DNA of 59,034 bases. It comes from Nitrospirota bacterium (GTDB lineage: Bacteria > JACPQY01). The number at the start of each line of letters is the position of its first letter. Position 1 is the first letter of the stretch. The stretch spans positions 62,001 to 121,034 of the forward strand of contig JACPAV010000018.1 in assembly GCA_016180645.1 (NCBI GenBank), in the 5' to 3' direction. The notes below the pieces were generated by a model that was not told the DNA's origin, did no database searches, and saw only the letters and a list, made by a program, of their open reading frames with translations. Positions 17,525 through 25,827 of this stretch are shown here, in pieces. The translations under genes and the position numbers were made by a program.

Positions 17525-18820
17525 TCAGACCGTCCTGAAGAAAATCCACCAGTCGAGAACGAAGATCGGGATCAGAAGCGGGATCGAGTACTTGAACATG
17601 TACCCGATGAAACTCGCCGTCGGCACGCCGGACTGCTCTGAAATCGTCTTGACCATGAAGTTCGGCGCGTTGCCGATGTAGGTGTTCGCTCCGAAAAAAA
17701 CCGCGCCCATCGATATCGCGCGGATGTAGTCCGCGTGATTCACCAGGAGATAGTGCACGGCTTCATGCTCGGGCGCTCCCGGCGCCTTGAGGCCCATCGC
17801 GGCACTCAGGAAGTTCAGATAGGTAGGCGCGTTGTCCAGAAAGCTCGATAGGATCCCCGTGGCGAAAAAGAAATGGCCTGGCGAGGATACCCCCAGCGTC
17901 GAGGCGTTCTGTTCCAACCAATCCAGCGCCGGCATCATCGTGGCGAAGATGCCGGCGAAGAGAATCGCCACCTCACGAATCGGCTCGAAATTGAACTCGT
18001 TGAACTTCAACGCCTCCTTGTTCGAGAACTTGTAAGCCAGCACGGAAACCGCAATCATGATGATCTCCCGAACCGGCGTATCGAGAAAGACGGAGCCGAG
18101 GATGACGGCCAGGAATCCGACATTCTGAATGCCCTTGAAGGTGAGTTTGTGGGGCACCTCGGGGAGCGTCGAATTGACCTTCCTGTAGTGGTAGGTATCG
18201 ATGGCGAAAAACAAGGCGAGAATCAGTCCGTTCGTAAACGCCCAGATCGGCCAGACATTCTTGAAAACCCAAAAGAACGGGATTCCTTTTAAGTACCCGA
18301 GGAAGAGCGGCGGATCGCCGATGGGCGTCAACGCGCCGCCGCAGTTGCTCACCACGAAGATAAAGAAGATCACGTGGTAGCCCTTGATCCGGGTCTTGTT
18401 CAGCCGGAGGTACGACCGGATGAGGAGCATCGATGCGCCCGTGGTGCCCAACAGATTCGAGACGACGGCGCCGAACAGGAGGAGCAGCGTGTTCGCCAGC
18501 GGCGTCGATTTCCGTTCGATGTCGATCAGGATGCCGCTCGACACCACGAACAGGGAGCCGATGAGGCAGATGAAACTGAAGTATTCCACCAGGGTGTGCC
18601 AGGGTCGTTCGTAATACCGGAGATAACCCAGGTAGTACGCGACGCTCACGACACCCAGAACAAGACTGACGTGGGGATAGTGCTTTTCCCACCAGTGCTT
18701 CTTGAATAGAGGAACAAACGCGATGGCGAGCAGGAGCAGGGCGAACGGCGTGGACATCGCCAGCGGGATGTCCGGACGGATCGCGTGGCCCGCGGCTTCG
18801 GAGGCGAAGGCCGGCGTCAT
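17525..18820 (-). CDS. Ion transporter superfamily permease (sodium:proton antiporter / CitMHS_2-like)
   Basis: GTTGASMLLIR, SNCGGALTPIGDPPLFLG, SSFLDNAPTY, GANTYIGNAPNFMV. Confidence 0.85.
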   Translation of the reverse strand: MTPAFASEAAGHAIRPDIPLAMSTPFALLLLAIAFVPLFKKHWWEKHYPHVSLVLGVVSVAYYLGYLRYYERPWHTLVEYFSFICLIGSLFVVSSGILIDIERKSTPLANTLLLLFGAVVSNLLGTTGASMLLIRSYLRLNKTRIKGYHVIFFIFVVSNCGGALTPIGDPPLFLGYLKGIPFFWVFKNVWPIWAFTNGLILALFFAIDTYHYRKVNSTLPEVPHKLTFKGIQNVGFLAVILGSVFLDTPVREIIMIAVSVLAYKFSNKEALKFNEFNFEPIREVAILFAGIFATMMPALDWLEQNASTLGVSSPGHFFFATGILSSFLDNAPTYLNFLSAAMGLKAPGAPEHEAVHYLLVNHADYIRAISMGAVFFGANTYIGNAPNFMVKTISEQSGVPTASFIGYMFKYSIPLLIPIFVLDWWIFFRTV

Positions 18821-18869
18821 TTCACACCGACCGGCGATGGGATGGAAACTCTCTGCCCGATGCGCTTGT

Positions 18870-19535
18870 TCACATCGTCAGCCCGGAGAACAGCATCGGG
18901 CTGTGGTTCGCGGTCATGAAGAACAGCATCGGAAGCGAGAGCCAGGCATTGGTACGGGATGCCAGAAAAGCGCGACGCGCGCACAGGGGCTTCTCCTCCG
19001 GAGTCGCCTGCACCAGTCCCAACACTTTCTTCTGGTTCGGCCAGATGATGAGCCAGACATTCAGGAACATGATCGTCCCGAAACCGCCGCCGATGGCGAT
19101 GAAAAGCGTATTGGGAGAGGCGATACTGGGATCGATCCACGCCACGCCCGCCACCGCGAGAATCAGCGCCACCGCGCCGATGATCACGGCGAGAAGTTTC
19201 CCATTGTTGAGGGCGCCCTTCGCCGGCTGAAGGAGCGAGTAGATGATCGCATACGCCACGCCAACCACCACGGCCCACTTCAGCAGGGCTGCTTTCGGCG
19301 CCGCCAGATGGATAAAGTAGATCAAGCCGGAGACGAACGTCACCATGGCCGAGTGCCTGAACCAATAGAGGGCCCGCGGTTGAAGCTTGGGATTCACTTT
19401 CGGCTTCACCTCCGCTTCCAATTCTTTCTGGAAGGGCACGTTCACCAGGTTGAAAAAATATAGGAGGCCGATCCATAGAACACCGGCCACGACGTGAATC
19501 CATCTTAGAACCAGCAACAGAGTCGCTTTGTCCAT
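18870..19535 (-). CDS. Urate_ox_N / PuuD-like membrane protein (no cytochrome c domain)
   Basis: LRWIHVVAGVLWIGLLYFFN, YWFR, IMFLNVWLIIWPNQKK, ASRTN..LS.PMLFFM; GGAGG RBS. Confidence 0.8.
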   Translation of the reverse strand: MDKATLLLVLRWIHVVAGVLWIGLLYFFNLVNVPFQKELEAEVKPKVNPKLQPRALYWFRHSAMVTFVSGLIYFIHLAAPKAALLKWAVVVGVAYAIIYSLLQPAKGALNNGKLLAVIIGAVALILAVAGVAWIDPSIASPNTLFIAIGGGFGTIMFLNVWLIIWPNQKKVLGLVQATPEEKPLCARRAFLASRTNAWLSLPMLFFMTANHSPMLFSGLTM

Positions 19536-19592
19536 ACTACCTCCTCATCCCTGTCATGAAGTTCGAACCTTGCAATACGATTGATCTTCCAA

Positions 19593-19693
19593 GAGCCTCT
19601 AACAGAATGCGTTGGGGAGGGTCTTCAGACCCTCCCGACAACAGGGAGCATCTGAAGATGCTCCCCTACGAATCGGCATTCTGTTAGAGGCTC
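19593..19693. repeat. 101-bp REPIN/MITE-like element, copy 3
   Basis: Perfect terminal inverted repeats GAGCCTCTAACAGAATGC / GCATTCTGTTAGAGGCTC around the same two hairpins. Confidence 0.85.
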
Positions 19694-19760
19694 TAAGTAT
19701 CGGTGCGTGAAACCTACCGGGAGCCGATCCTATTGTCAAACACTTCCGGACACGTTTGGC

Positions 19761-19790
19761 TTGACACCTTTCAATGGACTCTGGTAGTCT
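19761..19790 (+). promoter_or_regulatory. Sigma-70 promoter with an overlapping FNR-like dyad
   Basis: TTGACA-18 nt-TAGTCT with extended TG; TTGAC-ACCT-TTCAA overlaps the -35. Confidence 0.6.
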
Positions 19791-19809
19791 CCTTCCAAAG
19801 GAGAAAACC

Positions 19810-19893
19810 ATGACAGACACTCGCTCTTGGTGGCCTGCTCCTCGCCGCAAACCGCGCGGCCCAGCGAAGCCGATCCAAACACCCAGCAAGTAG
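19810..19893 (+). CDS. Small ORF, 27 aa: MTDTRSWWPAPRRKPRGPAKPIQTPSK (not in the ORF track)
   Basis: AAGGAG RBS 6 nt before the ATG, directly downstream of a good promoter; TAG at 19891-19893. Confidence 0.45.
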   Translation: MTDTRSWWPAPRRKPRGPAKPIQTPSK

Positions 19894-20007
19894 CCGGCGG
19901 TTCAGCTTGGGACAGACTCCTTTGCTTGGAAGTCTGTTTCCCCTCCCCAACTGAGCCGAAGCAACCCCTGCGATAGGTCCCGGGTGCGCCGGAGTTGCAC
20001 GCCAATA

Positions 20008-20036
20008 TTGACATCCATCAATAGTTCGGGTAGTTT
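20008..20036 (+). promoter_or_regulatory. Sigma-70 promoter of the first radical SAM operon with an overlapping FNR-like dyad
   Basis: TTGACA-17 nt-TAGTTT; TTGAC-ATCC-ATCAA is one mismatch from TTGAT-N4-ATCAA. Confidence 0.65.
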
Positions 20037-20077
20037 TCCAAGCTGGGAATGCGCGGGATATCGCGCACCCAAGTTCG

Positions 20078-21604
20078 ATGAAGGTTCTTCTCGTCCAATC
20101 GCCTCGTTACTACTGGCCTTACGTCGGTGAGGGCGACAATCACCTGATGCCGCAATGGATGCCCTGTCTCGCGGCGTCGATCCGGCAGGCGGGTCACAGC
20201 GTACGCGCGGTCGATTGCATGGCCTCCCACATCGGATGGAGAAGCCTCGCCGACATCATCCGAGAAGAAAAGCCCCACGTCATCGGCGTCGGCGAGAATC
20301 ACTGCCTCTACGCGCAGGAAGCGATCAAGGTCTTCCAACTCGCGAAGTCGATCGATCCCGGCATAAAGACGATTGCCGGCGGAGTCCATTTCACCAATTT
20401 GGTGGAGCCGAATCTCATGGCCTATCCCATCGACTACATCGCGATCGGTGAAGGGGAGAAGACTTTCGTCGAACTATTGGACGAACTGGAGCGTCAAAAT
20501 CCGCGGCCCGACAAGGTGACGGGACTCGCTTATCGCACCAACGGCCATGTCAGCCGGACCGCGCCGCGCGTCCTCGAGCACGATCTCGACACTTACCCCC
20601 TGCCCGCGTACGACCTCATGCCGATGGAGCAGTACGGGAAATCGAAATACCTCTTCGCGCCCGGCGGGACGACCGCCCAGCACAGCCGGGGGTGCGTCAG
20701 CCGCTGCAATTTCTGCGTCTGGTGGGTGCAGAACGCGGATCGAAAGATCATCAACGGTGAGGAAAAACTGTTCCCCCGCTGGCGCACGAAAAGCGTGGGG
20801 AGGACCGTCGAGGAAATCGAGATTCTCAGCCGGCGGTACGGGAAGAATTTTCTCGTGTTCGTCGACGACGCCTGGAACATCGACTGCCACTGGACCGACA
20901 AATTCGCAAACGAGATGGCCCGCCGCCATCTCCCCACCCAGTGGTTCGCTTTCATGCGCGCCGATTGCATGATGCGGGATGAACGGCTGGGCCTCAACGA
21001 AAAACTCGTCCATGCGGGAATGACCCACATCAGCATCGGGGTTGAGCGCCATCAGGACACCGATCTCGCCGAAATGCGGAAGGGATTTTACAAGGACGAC
21101 TTGACCCGCGAGTGTTTCGGCATGCTCAAGCGGAATCATCCGACGGTGTTCCGACAAGGAACCTTCATCGTCGGTATCCGCGACGAAACGCGTGAAAGCA
21201 TGTACCAGCAACTCCAGTACGCGAAGGAATTGGGACTGGATTATCCCGGCTTCCATCCTCTCACGCCGGTCCCCGGCACGGAGGTATGGGAGGACGCAAA
21301 AGCCCGAGGGTGGATCGAGGTGGACGATTTCTCCTATTACGACTGGATGACGCCGATCATGTCGAGCACCCATCTCTCGCGCCGGGAGATCGAGGAAATC
21401 CTCATCGACATCAGCCGCAAATTCGTCGGCCTGCGATGGCTCATGCGGGGCCTCGCGGATCGGCACGCCTACCGCCGGAACATGTACGTCTGGTGGCTCC
21501 TGGTCAGCCTGCGCATCGCGGCGGACGCGCTGCGACAAAAACTCAATCCGTTCCGAAAGAGCGTGTATACCGCGCTCGTCAAGCCGACCTGGTATGATCA
21601 CTGA
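20078..21604 (+). CDS. Cobalamin-binding radical SAM protein 1 (BchE/Grs-like)
   Basis: B12-binding N-domain (AGGVHFT, IGEGE), SRGCVSRCNFC, FVDD, TPVPGT...DDFSYYDWMTPIM. Confidence 0.9.
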   Translation: MKVLLVQSPRYYWPYVGEGDNHLMPQWMPCLAASIRQAGHSVRAVDCMASHIGWRSLADIIREEKPHVIGVGENHCLYAQEAIKVFQLAKSIDPGIKTIAGGVHFTNLVEPNLMAYPIDYIAIGEGEKTFVELLDELERQNPRPDKVTGLAYRTNGHVSRTAPRVLEHDLDTYPLPAYDLMPMEQYGKSKYLFAPGGTTAQHSRGCVSRCNFCVWWVQNADRKIINGEEKLFPRWRTKSVGRTVEEIEILSRRYGKNFLVFVDDAWNIDCHWTDKFANEMARRHLPTQWFAFMRADCMMRDERLGLNEKLVHAGMTHISIGVERHQDTDLAEMRKGFYKDDLTRECFGMLKRNHPTVFRQGTFIVGIRDETRESMYQQLQYAKELGLDYPGFHPLTPVPGTEVWEDAKARGWIEVDDFSYYDWMTPIMSSTHLSRREIEEILIDISRKFVGLRWLMRGLADRHAYRRNMYVWWLLVSLRIAADALRQKLNPFRKSVYTALVKPTWYDH

Positions 21605-21610
21605 AACCTT

Positions 21611-23026
21611 GTGCGCGTAGCTCTGATCAATCCGAACATGGACAGCCTGAAGGCCGTCGGGGCCTTCAGCAAAGTGTACTGCGTCATGCCCCCGATCAAC
21701 CTGGGTTACCTCGCCGCCGTGCTCGAAAAGGAGGGACACGAGGTGACCGTCATCGACGAAGCCGCGGAAGGGCTGAGCCTCGCGGAAATCATCGACCGCC
21801 TCCGACGGGCCTCCCCGGGCATGATCGGCATGGGCTGCCTCACACAGTCCGCGCCGCATGTCATGGAAATCAGCCGGGCCATCGCCGGGGCCTTTCCCGG
21901 CCTCCCCCGCGTGATGGGCAACACCCACGCGGACTATTTCGCGGAGCCGATTCTCCGCGAGGGTGATGCGGACGTCGTGGTCCACAACGAAGGGGAATAC
22001 ACCTTCGCCCACCTGGCACGAACCTTCGAACACAAGGGCGACTTGCAAGAGGTCGAAGGGATTTCCTATCGGGACGGCGACCGGATCGTCCGCACGCCCC
22101 CGCGAACGATGCAACCGGATCTCAATCGGATCCCCTACCCCGCGTGGCACCTCTTCCCGCGCTCCCGCTACCGGCTTTTCACCTTCGCCGAAATCGAGCG
22201 GCCGGGCACGCTCATTCTCGGGTCTCGCGGCTGCCCGTTCAAGTGCAACTATTGCAGCCTGCTCATCATGGGACACGACCGCCGGCGGCGCACGCTCGAA
22301 GACATGGCCGACGAAATGGAGTTCATGCACGAAACGTACGGCTACAGGCAGATCTCGTTCATCGATCCGATTTTTCCCTTCAGCCGGAAGGAAGGATTGG
22401 AGTTCGCTCAACTCCTCGTGAAACGGGGTCTGAACCGGAAGATCGTGTGGACCACGGAAACCCGCGTCGATCTCGTGACGCCGGAGCTCCTCGAGGCGCT
22501 GAGGGAGGCCGGCTGCCGCAGGGTCATGTACGGATTCGAGGTCGGCTCCGAGGAAAGTCTCGATGCCATCGACAAGGGAACGACGATTGACAAGGCCCGC
22601 CGCGCGGCCAAATGGACGAAGGAAGCGGGCATGGAAATCATCGGCTTCTTCATGGTCGGTTGCCCCGGCGAGACGCTGGAATCGATCGACCGTACCGTGC
22701 GGTTCTCACATGAACTGGACGTGGATTTCGCGAAGTTCAATGTGTTCGTCCCGTACCCCGGCACGGAGATCTTCGAGGAGTTCAGCAAGAAGAACGGCGG
22801 TCTCCCCACGGATTGGGTGCGATACACGAGCTACCCGACGGGCGGAAACCCTCCCGTCTACATTCCGCCCGGACTGTCCGTGGAACAGCTCATCGTGGCC
22901 CAGCGACGAGCCCACCGGATGTTCTACCTCCGTCCCAAGATGATCGCGAGACACATGTTCAAAATCCGCACGATTCCTTTCTCTCATATGGTGTACGGCG
23001 CCCTCGGTCTTCTCGGGGAGAACTGA
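21611..23026 (+). CDS. Cobalamin-binding radical SAM protein 2
   Basis: LINP...PPINLGYLAA, NEGE, SRGCPFKCNYC, ETRVD, GCPGET, PYPGT. Confidence 0.92.
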   Translation: MRVALINPNMDSLKAVGAFSKVYCVMPPINLGYLAAVLEKEGHEVTVIDEAAEGLSLAEIIDRLRRASPGMIGMGCLTQSAPHVMEISRAIAGAFPGLPRVMGNTHADYFAEPILREGDADVVVHNEGEYTFAHLARTFEHKGDLQEVEGISYRDGDRIVRTPPRTMQPDLNRIPYPAWHLFPRSRYRLFTFAEIERPGTLILGSRGCPFKCNYCSLLIMGHDRRRRTLEDMADEMEFMHETYGYRQISFIDPIFPFSRKEGLEFAQLLVKRGLNRKIVWTTETRVDLVTPELLEALREAGCRRVMYGFEVGSEESLDAIDKGTTIDKARRAAKWTKEAGMEIIGFFMVGCPGETLESIDRTVRFSHELDVDFAKFNVFVPYPGTEIFEEFSKKNGGLPTDWVRYTSYPTGGNPPVYIPPGLSVEQLIVAQRRAHRMFYLRPKMIARHMFKIRTIPFSHMVYGALGLLGEN

Positions 23027-23158
23027 ATCCCTGCTCACAACGCGTCAGATGGGCGAGACCAGTACGCCGCGGGTACCCGCCCGGCCCCGCCAGATGTACA
23101 GACCCGGTCCACACAAAGCCAATGCGGGCGTGATCTTTGCAGCTTGCCGAAGAAAATT

Positions 23159-23962
23159 CTACAAGGTGGAGGCGGACGGTTTGGCCAGCAGGAAAGCGAA
23201 TTGGGTACGATCGTGCTTGAACTCAATGCCCCCGACGTTGGGCAGCCTCCTCAGAAGGGTCTGCACTTCGGACGCCTCCCGGGACCTTCGGATCGATTCG
23301 AGCGTGGCCTTGCGGAGGCCACGGAGCAGATGCACCCGCTCAAGGAGTTCCAAGTAGACTCGGAAAAGACGCACTTTCCAGTGACTGCGACTGAAATCCC
23401 ATAAGACCAACCATCCTCCCGGTTTCACTACCGCCCACATCTCCCGAGCCATTTGTTCCGGATTCTCGAAGTGATGGATCGATCCCTCCGAAAAGACCAG
23501 ATCGAAAAACAGCGGGCGAAATGGAAGCGATTTCGCGTCGTTACGCACGAGCAAGACCGGATTTTCGGCGGTCGAGTATTTCCTACACAGGCTTAGAATC
23601 TCCCGGTCCACATCGGATCCGACCCAGATGGACGGAGACGACGGCATTCTCCTCCGCATGATCTCCGTCATCACGCCGCTCCCAATTCCCACGTCGAGCA
23701 CGGACCGGATATTCCCGTTCCAGAGATGCTGCCATTTCTGGACACGCCGGTCCGCATAGGCAACCCGCCTGTCCCAGCTCTGGCGCACGAACTGTTCCTT
23801 GGTGATTCCCTCGAAATCGCTTCCCGGCGGAGTGTGCCCGTCGGGGGCGTCGCCTTCCCGGCAGACCGAGGGAGAGGGAGAGACCCGCGATGGAATGGAC
23901 CGCGGTCCCGCGCTAAATGGGTCGATCAAATTCGACGATTCGCCCAACATGGGGGAGTGCAT
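23159..23962 (-). CDS. Class I SAM-dependent methyltransferase
   Basis: VLDVGIGSG, DAKSLPF, FDLVFS..SIHHF, VKPGGWL; exact start uncertain. Confidence 0.85.
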   Translation of the reverse strand: MHSPMLGESSNLIDPFSAGPRSIPSRVSPSPSVCREGDAPDGHTPPGSDFEGITKEQFVRQSWDRRVAYADRRVQKWQHLWNGNIRSVLDVGIGSGVMTEIMRRRMPSSPSIWVGSDVDREILSLCRKYSTAENPVLLVRNDAKSLPFRPLFFDLVFSEGSIHHFENPEQMAREMWAVVKPGGWLVLWDFSRSHWKVRLFRVYLELLERVHLLRGLRKATLESIRRSREASEVQTLLRRLPNVGGIEFKHDRTQFAFLLAKPSASTL

Positions 23963-24695
23963 CCTTCTCCAGATACTTTGAAAGAATGAAGAGCGTATTG
24001 CCCGCGAGAATCCGTTCGCCCAGAGGTCCCTCCCGAATCACAAAGGTTGAGTTCTGACACTCCAGGTCGCATGCCTTGATCACCGGCGTGGCATCCGACG
24101 CTTCCCGAACACGGAGCCGGGCCACCGCACATAGGCGCGTCGTGGTCAGGTACCGGAACGGCACGTATAGGGCAATATCCAGCCGTGGGCCTATCATCTC
24201 GAACAACGCCGTGTCCCAAACGTCGGTCTCCAGGCCCCGAAATCCCAGTTCGCAGAGCAAACCGATCAGCGGCTCGGACACACGGGTGGCGAGCGGAGTT
24301 GCCCTGCCGTCGTCTCGAGGAACAAGTCTTGGGTCACGCGTTTGACGAAGGAGAAGGCGCCCAAGACGCAGGAGCAACCCGTTTTCGCGAGCGAGCCGGT
24401 ACACCCCCCAGTCGTTAACAACCACCTCGTAGGGGTCGCCGACGGCCTTCGACAGGAGAGAGAATAGCTGCCCAATCCTGCGCAACCCCGATTCGCCAAC
24501 GGGAGGGGTCAGAAGACTGAGGCGCTTGCCTTTGCCGCAAACGTCTTTCACCATCCGGTCGGCCCACACGGAGGAGGGGATCAAATGCTCGCAAAACTCC
24601 GAGCCAATGTAGAAGTGGTCGCACCGATCCAGCCAGGGAGAGAGATCCTCACGGGAAGGTGAGATGAACCTAGCCCTGACCACTCTACCAGGCAT
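23913..24695 (-). CDS. U32-family partner protein (UbiV-like)
   Basis: YIGSEFCEHLIP, LLTPP, EVVVNDWG, LGRLL, TTRLC...CDLEC, GNTLF; coupled to the upstream U32 gene, start placed at ATG 24695. Confidence 0.7.
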   Translation of the reverse strand: MPGRVVRARFISPSREDLSPWLDRCDHFYIGSEFCEHLIPSSVWADRMVKDVCGKGKRLSLLTPPVGESGLRRIGQLFSLLSKAVGDPYEVVVNDWGVYRLARENGLLLRLGRLLLRQTRDPRLVPRDDGRATPLATRVSEPLIGLLCELGFRGLETDVWDTALFEMIGPRLDIALYVPFRYLTTTRLCAVARLRVREASDATPVIKACDLECQNSTFVIREGPLGERILAGNTLFILSKYLEKDALPHVGRIVEFDRPI

Positions 24696-25776
24696 GCCGG
24701 GGGGAGTCCGGGGGGTAATAGCAGGTTCTCGGGCCGCAGTTCCTACCGAAAACGCGGCGGTACTCAAGACAGCTCTCTCTAGCATGGTCTGAGTCTCGCT
24801 TGAAACCTTCGTCCCCTTGCCGCGTCAGGGCTGACCGGATGAGGCGTATCGTCTGGGTCTTGCGTGTAGTCGTGCTTCCCCTGTTCACAATCTTGAGATA
24901 CCTGATTCCTATTCGAACGAGGAGTGGAATGTCGCATAGAGCACATGCGGCGTAGACATCATGTTCTGCCAACACTTCTCGGACCTTTTCCTCGAGGGGA
25001 CGTCCTCTCTCATCCATACCCTTGCCCTGCTTCCGCTCAATGCTCCTCGCATGAAGGCAAGCCAGAGCCGGCCGACCGGCGGCATGTCTCAGGCGATCCG
25101 GTACCAGGCGCATGGCGGCTTTGGCCGCATGGGTGGCCAGGAGCCTGGTCTGCAAAGAGCCCGGTATCTCGTGCGCGAGATTGCAGAAGCCGTCCTCGAA
25201 GGGGCAGCGATCGTGAAACACAAAGGCTTCGAACTCCAGCTCGGGGTAAGCGACACAGAGCCGAGCCATTTCGCGGAGGGTAACATGGCGGGGCAGGACG
25301 ATCCTACGTATCGGGAACCGCAGGTAGAACTTGATCGCTTCCGTGTTGTACACCACGCCAAGACAGCTCAGAGTGAGAGGAAGGGGAAACCGACTGGTTT
25401 CCAAGCTCCGCAGAAGCCCCAAGTCCGCGACGATCACCCCGTCGACGCCCGCGTCCTGAGCCCGCAACGCCTGCTGCATCGCCACCCCCAGGCTCTGTTC
25501 GTCGTAGAAAGTATTGAGTGCAAACTGGACGCGCAGGTTGGAACCGTGGGCCATCTTGACCAATTCCCTCAGTTGTTTCTCGCCATCCAGATTGCAAAGG
25601 GGATTGTCGCGCCGGTTGGTGGACGATCGTGTGGCACCTGCCCCCCGAAGACCGCAGTACACTTCGGAAGCCCCAGCCTCTGCCAACGCGGGGGCCTCGG
25701 TTGGAAAATCCATTCCCGTTACAACCCGGATTTGTCCTCGGACGGTTGTGGGAGGGCCGGTCATCACATCGAACAC
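24685..25776 (-). CDS. Peptidase U32 family protein (UbiU/TrhP/RlhA-like Fe-S hydroxylase)
   Basis: GASEVYCG, ALN, VDGVIVADLG, RRIVLPRHVTL.E, CPFEDGFC (CX6C), ACALC, LKIVNRG, C-terminal CYY. Confidence 0.85.
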   Translation of the reverse strand: MFDVMTGPPTTVRGQIRVVTGMDFPTEAPALAEAGASEVYCGLRGAGATRSSTNRRDNPLCNLDGEKQLRELVKMAHGSNLRVQFALNTFYDEQSLGVAMQQALRAQDAGVDGVIVADLGLLRSLETSRFPLPLTLSCLGVVYNTEAIKFYLRFPIRRIVLPRHVTLREMARLCVAYPELEFEAFVFHDRCPFEDGFCNLAHEIPGSLQTRLLATHAAKAAMRLVPDRLRHAAGRPALACLHARSIERKQGKGMDERGRPLEEKVREVLAEHDVYAACALCDIPLLVRIGIRYLKIVNRGSTTTRKTQTIRLIRSALTRQGDEGFKRDSDHARESCLEYRRVFGRNCGPRTCYYPPDSPRHAW

Positions 25777-25827
25777 GCACAGACTTCTATCGACAACATG
25801 CCGGCGAAACCACCCCGCAAAAGGCCA

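Noticed and set aside
10846-19693. The repeated palindromes as a CRISPR array
   Set aside because: Copies are dispersed kilobases apart with no spacers and no cas genes.
19895-20077. Cobalamin or SAM riboswitch upstream of the B12-rSAM genes
   Set aside because: I could not find the conserved B12-box or SAM-I core sequences; only generic hairpins.
20474-22411. Long antisense ORFs (also 24961-27192, 40792-42372, 57510-58700)
   Set aside because: They shadow well-supported genes on the other strand or frame, as expected at high GC, and have no recognisable motifs.
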